Origin: a bacterium
GTDB lineage: Bacteria > JAGOBX01 > DAONJL01
Assembly: GCA_035405645.1 (NCBI GenBank)
Contig: DAONJL010000027.1
Span: forward strand, 1-32,989
Length of the DNA: 32,989 nucleotides
Direction: 5' to 3'
Within the stretch, counting starts at the first letter, position 1, and each line of letters starts with the position of its first letter. Below the pieces are notes generated by a model that was not told the origin of the DNA, searched no databases, and worked only from the letters and a program-made list of their open reading frames with translations. Positions 18,018 to 25,575 of this stretch are shown piece after piece. A program made the position numbers and the translations under genes.

Positions 18018-18674
18018 TTAATCTAATTTTTGCACTCGAATTATATCATTATCTTTTCCTGCAATAATTAAATTATCCGAATTTTTAATAACATAATCAG
18101 CAGAAGGAAACATATTTATTTGATTTGTATTTATATTTTTTATTGCAATGATATTTATATAATAAGTTGAACGAAGTTTTAATTCACTAATTGATTTATT
18201 TTGAAATTCTTTTGGTGCTTTTATTTCCACAATACTATATCCTTTCATAAGTGGTAAATAATCAATAAAATTTGGATTACTTAATTGTGTAGCTAATTTA
18301 ATAGCAATTTCGTTTTCTGGAAAAATTATTTTTGTTGCACCTATTAATTTTAATATTTTGGAATGGTCATTATTATTTGATTTTACATATATTTCTTTTA
18401 TTCCTGATTCTTTTAAATATAAAGTAGTTAAAATACTTGTTTCTAAATCATTGCCAACTGCAATTACAACAATATCAATTTCTTTATCAATTATTTTTAA
18501 TATTGTTTCTTTTTCGCGTGCATCAGCGCAAATAGCAAGTTCAACTTTATCTTTTATTTCCTGAATTAAATCACGATTTTTATCAATAGCAATTACTTGT
18601 TCACCAAATTCACTTAATTTAACAGCTAAATTAAAACCAAAATCACCAAGACCAATTACTACAATTTGTTTCAT
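18018..18674 (-). CDS. ktrA: K+ uptake regulatory subunit KtrA/TrkA (RCK domain)
   Basis: Start placed at MKQIVVIGLGDFG (Rossmann GxGxxG), preceded by the SD GAGGGA. The six-frame ORF extends 8 codons further upstream. RCK_N is followed by a TrkA_C-like C-terminus. Confidence 0.85.
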   Translation of the reverse strand: MKQIVVIGLGDFGFNLAVKLSEFGEQVIAIDKNRDLIQEIKDKVELAICADAREKETILKIIDKEIDIVVIAVGNDLETSILTTLYLKESGIKEIYVKSNNNDHSKILKLIGATKIIFPENEIAIKLATQLSNPNFIDYLPLMKGYSIVEIKAPKEFQNKSISELKLRSTYYINIIAIKNINTNQINMFPSADYVIKNSDNLIIAGKDNDIIRVQKLD

Positions 18675-18690
18675 AAATTTTCCCTCACTT

Positions 18691-20049
18691 TTAACCAATT
18701 AAAATCTTCTCTTCTGCATATTCATATTTCAAATTTTCTTTGGCAGTAAAAATTGATAATGCAATCATTAAAGGTCCAATTCTGCCAATTAACATTAAGC
18801 ATATAATAATTATTTTTTCAAATACTACTAATTTTGAAGTAATACCAAGTGATAATCCAACAGTTCCAAATGCTGAAATTGCTTCAAATAATAGATTTAA
18901 AAAATTATTTTGATTATATTTAATATGTTCATATTGAGCATCAATAATAAATAGAAATAGAATAGCAATAATTATAACAAGTAAAGAAATAAAAAAAACT
19001 GCAAGTGTTCTTTTTATTAATTCATCTGATATTGTTCTTTTAAAAATCATTATTTTGTTTTGTCCTTTTAAAAGAATTATAAAATAATTTATTAAAATAA
19101 AAAAAGAACTTGTTTTAATACCACCAGCAGTAGAACAAGGTGAACCACCAATAAACATTAAAATCATAGTAATAAACAGTGTGGGTAAAGATAAATCTTG
19201 CATATCAATAGCATTAAAACCAGCAGTTCGGGGTGTTATTGAATGAAATAATGAAATTAATATTTTTTTATTTTCTGGAAAATTTAAGAAAGCATTGTTA
19301 TTTTCAAAAAAATAAATAAGAATAGCAGAACTGAAAATTAAAGCAAAAGTAGTTACAAGTATTATTTTACTATGGAATGAAAACAATGAAATATTTTTTC
19401 GAATTTTCTTTTTTAAAAAAATAATATCTTTAATTTCATAAAGAACAATAAAACCAAGCCCACCAAAAACTATTAATAAAGCAATTGTAATGATTACATA
19501 AAAATCAGAAGAAAAATTAATCAAACTTGAAGCAAATAAGGAAAAACCAGCATTGCAAAAAGCAGAAATAGAATGAAAAATAGCCTGCCATAAAGCATTT
19601 TTTAAATGATAGAAATTACGAAATCTGAAATATAAAATTAGTGCACCAATTATTTCAAAAAACAACACAATAAAAATTATTTCTTTTAGTAATTGTTTTA
19701 AATTTTTCTGTTGATATTGAGTAATACTTTCTTGAATTATTAATTTTTGTTTAATAGTAAATTTTTGATTTAATAATAAAGATAAAAAAATAAGAATAGT
19801 CATAAAACCCAAACCACCAATTTGTATTAATATTAAAATTATTAACTGCCCAAAAAAAGTAAAATCATTACCTGTATCTAAAACATTAAGTCCAGTTACA
19901 ATTGTTGCAGAAGTTGCTGTAAATAATGCATTTATATAACTAATATTTTTATTTGTTGTTGCAAAAGGTAATTTTAATAATAAACTACCAATAAATATAA
20001 CAAATAAAAAACTCAAAATAATTAAATGCTGTGGTTTTAAATTATTCAT
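18691..20049 (-). CDS. ktrB: K+ transporter membrane subunit KtrB/TrkH family
   Basis: Multiple membrane-pore-membrane repeats with selectivity-filter-like glycine motifs (QIGGLGF, GGSPCSTAGGIKTSSF, GTVGLSLG). Located directly upstream of ktrA on the same strand. Confidence 0.85.
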   Translation of the reverse strand: MNNLKPQHLIILSFLFVIFIGSLLLKLPFATTNKNISYINALFTATSATIVTGLNVLDTGNDFTFFGQLIILILIQIGGLGFMTILIFLSLLLNQKFTIKQKLIIQESITQYQQKNLKQLLKEIIFIVLFFEIIGALILYFRFRNFYHLKNALWQAIFHSISAFCNAGFSLFASSLINFSSDFYVIITIALLIVFGGLGFIVLYEIKDIIFLKKKIRKNISLFSFHSKIILVTTFALIFSSAILIYFFENNNAFLNFPENKKILISLFHSITPRTAGFNAIDMQDLSLPTLFITMILMFIGGSPCSTAGGIKTSSFFILINYFIILLKGQNKIMIFKRTISDELIKRTLAVFFISLLVIIIAILFLFIIDAQYEHIKYNQNNFLNLLFEAISAFGTVGLSLGITSKLVVFEKIIIICLMLIGRIGPLMIALSIFTAKENLKYEYAEEKILIG

Positions 20050-20265
20050 ATTATTAAATAAAATTCTAAAAATTTAATAACAATATAGAATTTAGAAAAT
20101 TTATTTTTATTCAAAATATCATAAAATAATATTTATAATAAAATTATAAGAAAAAATCAATAATTAGTTTTATAATCTGGTTGTGATAAGTTTAAAATAA
20201 AATATATTTATCAAAAAAACTGATAAATTTAGAAATTTGGAAAATTGCTAAATTATCTAAAATTA

Positions 20266-20292
20266 TTGACAAAAAAATTTTAATGATATAAT
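20266..20292 (+). promoter_or_regulatory. candidate sigma70 promoter in the divergent ktrB/lrp intergenic region
   Basis: TTGACA at 20266-20271 and TATAAT at 20287-20292 with a 15-nt spacer (shorter than optimal). It sits ~10 nt upstream of the ATG at 20302. Confidence 0.35.
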
Positions 20293-20301
20293 ATTTTTAA
20301 T

Positions 20302-20457
20302 ATGGATAAAAGAAAACAATTAGTATATATAGTTATTGCAATGGCAATTGGTGTGGTTTTAATTTTAAAATTAGGTGCACCATTAATACAAAAAGCAAAT
20401 ACTTTTAAAGAATCGCAGGAAAACAATACCATTGTAGATGATATAGATAAAAGATAA
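20302..20457 (+). CDS. candidate leaderless small membrane protein (51 aa)
   Basis: ORF MDKRKQLVYIVIAMAIGVVLILKLGAPLIQKANTFKESQENNTIVDDIDKR. One hydrophobic helix. No SD, but the -10-like element ends ~10 nt upstream. Not in the supplied ORF track, probably because of a length cut-off. Confidence 0.3.
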   Translation: MDKRKQLVYIVIAMAIGVVLILKLGAPLIQKANTFKESQENNTIVDDIDKR

Positions 20458-20488
20458 AAGATTATAAAAAAATCAAAAGGTGAAAAAA

Positions 20489-20977
20489 ATGGAGTTAAAA
20501 ATAAGCATATTAAATCTATTAAAAAAGAATTGCACTTATACTTATCAGGAAATAGCTAAAATGTTAAATACAACCGAAGAAGAAGTAAAAAAAACAATAA
20601 AGGAATTAGAAGAAAGTGGAGCAATAATAAAATACTGTGCACTTGTAAATGAAGAAGTAGTAAATAAAAAACAAATAGCAGCAATAATAGAAGTAAAAAT
20701 AACGCCAGAATCTGGAAAAGGTTTTGATGCTATTGCTGAAAAAATATGTCAATTTAAAGAAGTAACAAATTGTATGCTTGTTTCAGGTAGTTTTGATTTA
20801 ATCGTAACAGTAGAAGGCACTGATGCAAAAGAGATTGCGTTGTTTGTAGCAGAAAAACTTGCAACAATAAAAGGTATATTAAGCACTAATACTCATTTTC
20901 TTTTAAGAAAATATAAAATAGAAGGGGAGAAAGTATTTAAAAAGAATAATAGTAAAAGATTGGCAATCACACCATGA
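20489..20977 (+). CDS. lrp: Lrp/AsnC-family transcriptional regulator
   Basis: N-terminal HTH (ILNLLKKNCTYTYQEIAKMLNTTEEEVKKTIKELEESG) and C-terminal RAM/AsnC_trans_reg domain. Start chosen at the ATG at 20489 behind AAAAGGTGA. The track ORF begins at a GTG 9 nt upstream. Ends with TGA inside an ATGA overlap with the next gene. Confidence 0.85.
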   Translation: MELKISILNLLKKNCTYTYQEIAKMLNTTEEEVKKTIKELEESGAIIKYCALVNEEVVNKKQIAAIIEVKITPESGKGFDAIAEKICQFKEVTNCMLVSGSFDLIVTVEGTDAKEIALFVAEKLATIKGILSTNTHFLLRKYKIEGEKVFKKNNSKRLAITP

Positions 20978-22137
20978 AAGAAAAAATAAATAAAGTAGTA
21001 TTAAATTTAAAACCATCTGGGATAAGAAAATTTTTTGATCTTCTTATTGGAATGAAAGATGTCATTTCACTTGGTGTTGGCGAGCCTGATTTTTCCACGC
21101 CTTGGCATATACGAAAAGTAATGATTGAAGGTCTTGAAAATGAGATGACAATGTATACATCAAATTTAGGTCTTTTGGAATTAAGGCAGGAAATAGCAAA
21201 TTATTATAAAAGAACATTTAATCTTGATTATGTAGCAGAAAATCAAGTTCTTGTTACAGTTGGAGTAAGTGAGGGTCTGGATTTAGCTTTTAGAGCAATT
21301 ATAAATCCTGGTGATGAAATTTTAATTCCTTCACCTTCGTATGTTTCTTACGAACCAAATGTATTATTATGTGGTGGAGTGCCTGTTAAAATATACTCTT
21401 ATTTTGAAAATAAATTTAAACCATCAATTGAAGAAATAAGAAAAAAAATAACAAAAAAAACAAAAGCAATTTTACTTGCTTATCCAAATAATCCAACAGG
21501 AATGAGTTTTACAAAAGAAGAATTAATAGAGATAGCAGAAATAGCAAAAGAAAATGATTTAATTGTTTTATCAGATGAAATATATTCACAATTAACTTAT
21601 GAAATAAATCATACAACAATAGCAGCATTACCTGATATGAAAGAACGAACAATAATATTAAATGGATTTTCAAAGAGCCATGCAATGACAGGCGCAAGAA
21701 TAGGATATGCAATAGGTCAGGTAGATATTATTGCTGCTATGATGAAAATACATCAATATACAATATTATGTGCGCCAACAATTTCACAATTAGGAGCAAT
21801 AGAAGCTTTAAGAAATGGTGAAAAAGAACGGATAAAAATGCGAGATACATATAAAATACGGAGAAATTATATAGTGGAGCAATTTAATAAATTAGGTTTT
21901 GAATGCCATTTACCAGAAGGTGCATTTTATATTTTTCCATCAATCAGAAAATTTAAGATTCACAGTGAAGAATTTGCAAAGAGATTACTTGAAGAAGAAA
22001 AAGTTGCAGTTGTTCCGGGCACAGCATTTTGTGATGAAGAGATTGGAAAAGATTTTATTCGATGTGCTTATGCAACAGATATAGAGTTAATAAAGAAAGC
22101 AGTTGAGCGAATAGAAAGATTTTTGAAAAGATTATAA
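20974..22137 (+). CDS. PLP-dependent class I/II aminotransferase (aspartate/alanine aminotransferase-like)
   Basis: LGVGEPDF N-terminal motif, NPTG, and the PLP lysine context SKSHAMTGARIGY. 387 aa is typical for the fold. 4-nt overlap with lrp. Confidence 0.85.
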   Translation: MKEKINKVVLNLKPSGIRKFFDLLIGMKDVISLGVGEPDFSTPWHIRKVMIEGLENEMTMYTSNLGLLELRQEIANYYKRTFNLDYVAENQVLVTVGVSEGLDLAFRAIINPGDEILIPSPSYVSYEPNVLLCGGVPVKIYSYFENKFKPSIEEIRKKITKKTKAILLAYPNNPTGMSFTKEELIEIAEIAKENDLIVLSDEIYSQLTYEINHTTIAALPDMKERTIILNGFSKSHAMTGARIGYAIGQVDIIAAMMKIHQYTILCAPTISQLGAIEALRNGEKERIKMRDTYKIRRNYIVEQFNKLGFECHLPEGAFYIFPSIRKFKIHSEEFAKRLLEEEKVAVVPGTAFCDEEIGKDFIRCAYATDIELIKKAVERIERFLKRL

Positions 22138-22201
22138 ATTATATAGAATTTAATAAAGATTTCAAAGTTTAAAAAATAATATTTTAAAAAAGAGGTACAT
22201 A

Positions 22202-23644
22202 ATGAACCAACTTTGTTTTAATTGTAAATCACCAATAGAAGATAGTATGAATTATTGTCCTGAATGTGGTAAGCCATTAAAATTGCGATTACAAAAATGT
22301 CCTGTTTGTAAAAATTTTATACCACCATCAAATTATTGTGAATATTGTGGTCATCAATTAAAAACAGCAATAATAAATAATAGTGAAAATAATATTCCAT
22401 TAGATAGAGAAAATAATATTTGTATTAAATATTCAATACAGGATATATTCCAGGATAAAACAGGAAAATCAATAATAATAGAACACGGCACAGAAGGGAT
22501 AATAATTGAAAAAGGTGAAGTTATAAAAAAATTAAAACCTGGTAAATATGAAATAAAAAATATATTTGACAAAATAATCAAAAAAGAAGAAGAGATAGAA
22601 AAAATTGAGCCAACTGCTTATTTAATTGTATATGATACAGGAGATATAAATTTAATAATAAAACCAGAACAGGAATTTTCTTCTCTTGATAATATTCATT
22701 TCAACATTGAATTAAGTATAATAATAAAAATTTATAATGTTGAAGTATTTTTAAAAAATTATTTAAAAGAAAAATTTGTATTACCAAAAGCAAATTTAAG
22801 TAAGTCAATTTTTAATTCATTATATACAATATTAAAAAATGAATTTTCTAAAAATAAAATTGAAGTTATTGATAATGATTTATATTTTCGCACAAAATTA
22901 GAAGAAACAATTGGAATAAATTTGAAAACAATATTTGATAATAGTGGTTTTTTATATTTATATTTAGGTTATTTAAATATCTTTTCCAATGAACTTGAAG
23001 AATGGCGAGAACGAAATTACATTGTTGAACGCCATAAAAATAAATTAAGCGAACGGTTAAAAATAGAAACTCAGAAAAAAGAATTTGAAAAAGAATTAGA
23101 AATCAAGAACAAAGAAATTGAACTTGAAAAACAGAATTATATTGAAAAGGAAATAAATACAAAATTTTTAGAAGTAACAAAGAATAAATTAGAAAAAGAA
23201 AATATTCTTGAATTTTTTAAATTAAGAAAAGAACAGGACAAAATAAATTATATGCTTGAATTATATCGAGAAAAAATAATTAACCAATATGATTTAAAAA
23301 AATTTATTGAAGAAATAAAATTAGATATACTTGAAAGAGAACGAATAAGAAATTTAATGATTGAAAAGAATAAAATACTTGACGAAATAGAATTAGAAAA
23401 ATTAAAATTTGTTTTACAGGCAAATAGGAATGAATTTTTTAGAAACGAACGAATAAAAAATGTAGAAGCAGAAGAGAAGATAAAAACATTTAAGCATTTA
23501 AAAGAATTAGAACGAGAATATATAACAGCGCAGGAAGAATTAAAGAAAATAGAAATAGAAAAAGAAATAGATGAAATGGAATTAGAAAAAGCATTAGTAA
23601 TGAAGAAAAAGATCAAAGAAGCAAAAAAGGAATTAGATGAATAA
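22202..23644 (+). CDS. double zinc-ribbon protein with a central beta-rich domain and a long C-terminal E/K coiled coil
   Basis: Two CxxC...CxxC ribbons (CFNCKS...CPECG; CPVCKN...CEYCG). Central region of unknown fold. About 190 aa of charged heptad repeats at the C-terminus. SD AAGAGGT lies upstream. Confidence 0.75.
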   Translation: MNQLCFNCKSPIEDSMNYCPECGKPLKLRLQKCPVCKNFIPPSNYCEYCGHQLKTAIINNSENNIPLDRENNICIKYSIQDIFQDKTGKSIIIEHGTEGIIIEKGEVIKKLKPGKYEIKNIFDKIIKKEEEIEKIEPTAYLIVYDTGDINLIIKPEQEFSSLDNIHFNIELSIIIKIYNVEVFLKNYLKEKFVLPKANLSKSIFNSLYTILKNEFSKNKIEVIDNDLYFRTKLEETIGINLKTIFDNSGFLYLYLGYLNIFSNELEEWRERNYIVERHKNKLSERLKIETQKKEFEKELEIKNKEIELEKQNYIEKEINTKFLEVTKNKLEKENILEFFKLRKEQDKINYMLELYREKIINQYDLKKFIEEIKLDILERERIRNLMIEKNKILDEIELEKLKFVLQANRNEFFRNERIKNVEAEEKIKTFKHLKELEREYITAQEELKKIEIEKEIDEMELEKALVMKKKIKEAKKELDE

Positions 23645-23647
23645 AGT

Positions 23648-24016
23648 ATGAGCGAGAAAAAAAGGATTTTAATTATAGATGATAATGAAGTAATACATTT
23701 AATTTTAAAAAAAATTTTAGAACCTTTTTATGATATTTGTGGTGAAGCTTTTAATGGCGAAGATGGTTTTGAAAAATATAAAGAATTAAATCCTGATTTA
23801 GTTATTCTTGATATCTCAATGCCTGGCGTGAGTGGATTTGGTTGTTTAAAAAAAATCAAAGAATATGATAAAAATGCGAAAGTAATAATGCTTACAGCAA
23901 TGGACCAGGAGGCTGTAATTGAAAAAGTAAAATATATTGGTGCAACAGAATTTATCCCCAAACCTTTTAAAATTGAATTTTTATTGGAAAAAATAAAAGA
24001 TGTTATTAATAGTTAA
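23648..24016 (+). CDS. single-domain response regulator (CheY-like receiver)
   Basis: Receiver signature: acidic pocket IIDDNE, phospho-acceptor LVILDISMPG, T/S (MLTAMD), conserved K (IPKPF). 122 aa with no output domain. Starts 4 nt after the upstream stop. Confidence 0.85.
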   Translation: MSEKKRILIIDDNEVIHLILKKILEPFYDICGEAFNGEDGFEKYKELNPDLVILDISMPGVSGFGCLKKIKEYDKNAKVIMLTAMDQEAVIEKVKYIGATEFIPKPFKIEFLLEKIKDVINS

Positions 24017-24106
24017 TATTTATTTAATACTTCCATTAATTTTCTCCATATAAAAAGAAAAGATATTAAAAGAATATGATAGAAATTGGAAAATAAGGAG
24101 GTTATA

Positions 24107-25567
24107 ATGTTTAGTAAAAGGAAAAGCGGAATTTTATTACATCCTATTTCTTTGCCTTCAAATTATGGAATTGGTGATATAGGTAAAAATGCTTTTTTAT
24201 TTGTCGATTTTTTAAAAGAAACAAATCAAACAATGTGGCAGATTTTACCATTAGGAAAAGATTTATATTGTAGTGATTCAGCGTTTGCAGGTAATTATTT
24301 AATGATTGACCTTGAAGATTTATGTGAAATTGGTTTATTAAAAAAAGATGAAATTAATGATTATAAAAATTATAGTTTTAATGATAAGAAAATAAATTAC
24401 GCGGTAGTAGAAAAGTATAAATTAGAAAAATTAAGAATATCATATAAGAGTTTTACAGCAACAGAAGAATTTATAATATTTTGCAATGAGAATAATTATT
24501 GGCTTAATGATTATGCTTTGTATAATGCATTAACAAATCACTTAAATAAATATTGGCTTGAATGGGATGACGAATTAAAAAATCGCGAGAAGGGTGCACT
24601 TGAAAGATATTCAGAAAAATTAAAAGAAGAAATAAATTTTTATAAATTTATCCAATATATATTTACAAGGCAGTGGCAAAAACTCAAAAAGTATGCGAAA
24701 GAAAATAAAATTGAAATATTTGGCGATATACCAATATTTGTATCGAATGCAATTGATGTTTGGGCTCATCCAGAGATTTTTTTATTGGATGAAGATAAGC
24801 GACCAAAATTTATATCAGGTGTTCCGCCAGATTATTTTAGTGAAACAGGACAATTATGGGGCAATCCATTATATAATTGGGAAGTATTAAAAGAGACAGG
24901 ATTTAGATGGTGGCTTGAAAGAATAAAACATATATTAAAATATGTAGATTATTTACGAATAGACCATTTTCGTGGTTTTGAAGCATTTTGGGCTGTTCCT
25001 GCTAATTCAAAAACAGCAATAAATGGTGAATGGGTAAAAGCACCAGGTGATTTATTATTTGAAACAGTGAGAAAAGAATTAGGTGAATTACCAATAATAG
25101 CAGAAGATTTAGGAATAATAACAGATGAAGTAGTTGCGTTAAGAGATAAGTTTAATTTTCCTGGAATGAAGATATTGCAATTTGGTTTTGATAAACCAGA
25201 AAGTGAATATTTACCACATAATTTTACGACCACAAATTGTGTGGTTTATACTGGCACGCATGATAATGATACTATTTTTGGCTGGTTAAATTCAATTAGT
25301 GAGAAAGAGAGAAAAAATTTAACTTTTTATTTAGGAGAAATAGATAAAAATAATTTTAACTGGCAAATGATAAAATTAGGAATGTCATCAATTGCGATTT
25401 TTTCAATATTTCCAATGCAAGATATACTTGGACTTGGTAGTGAAGCAAGGATGAATGTTCCATCATTATCAGAGGGAAATTGGTTATGGCGATTTAAATG
25501 GGAACAGTTAACAGAGAAGATGAAAGAAAATTTAAAAGAATATACAATAATGTATAATCGTATTTAA
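24107..25567 (+). CDS. malQ: 4-alpha-glucanotransferase (amylomaltase, GH77)
   Basis: N-terminal hallmark RKSGILLHPISLPSNYGIGDIG and GH77 catalytic-region motifs (DHFRGFE, IAEDLG). Start chosen at the ATG at 24107, 5 nt after AAGGAGG. The track ORF begins within the RBS. Confidence 0.88.
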   Translation: MFSKRKSGILLHPISLPSNYGIGDIGKNAFLFVDFLKETNQTMWQILPLGKDLYCSDSAFAGNYLMIDLEDLCEIGLLKKDEINDYKNYSFNDKKINYAVVEKYKLEKLRISYKSFTATEEFIIFCNENNYWLNDYALYNALTNHLNKYWLEWDDELKNREKGALERYSEKLKEEINFYKFIQYIFTRQWQKLKKYAKENKIEIFGDIPIFVSNAIDVWAHPEIFLLDEDKRPKFISGVPPDYFSETGQLWGNPLYNWEVLKETGFRWWLERIKHILKYVDYLRIDHFRGFEAFWAVPANSKTAINGEWVKAPGDLLFETVRKELGELPIIAEDLGIITDEVVALRDKFNFPGMKILQFGFDKPESEYLPHNFTTTNCVVYTGTHDNDTIFGWLNSISEKERKNLTFYLGEIDKNNFNWQMIKLGMSSIAIFSIFPMQDILGLGSEARMNVPSLSEGNWLWRFKWEQLTEKMKENLKEYTIMYNRI

Positions 25568-25575
25568 CAAAATAT

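Noticed and set aside
18675-18698. Longer ktrA start (MVKSEGKF...)
   Set aside because: The internal ATG (MKQIVVIGLG) is preceded by GAGGGA at optimal spacing and begins right at the Rossmann fold. The longer form would overlap the ktrB stop.
20050-20300. Possible c-di-AMP (ydaO) riboswitch or other structured leader upstream of ktrB
   Set aside because: The region is almost pure A/T with no conserved GC-rich helices or the characteristic pseudo-symmetric motifs. Only an Infernal scan could be decisive.
24086-24106. Upstream ATG start for malQ (MENKEVI...)
   Set aside because: It would translate the AAGGAGG ribosome-binding site. The ATG at 24107 has ideal SD spacing and matches the conserved amylomaltase N-terminus.
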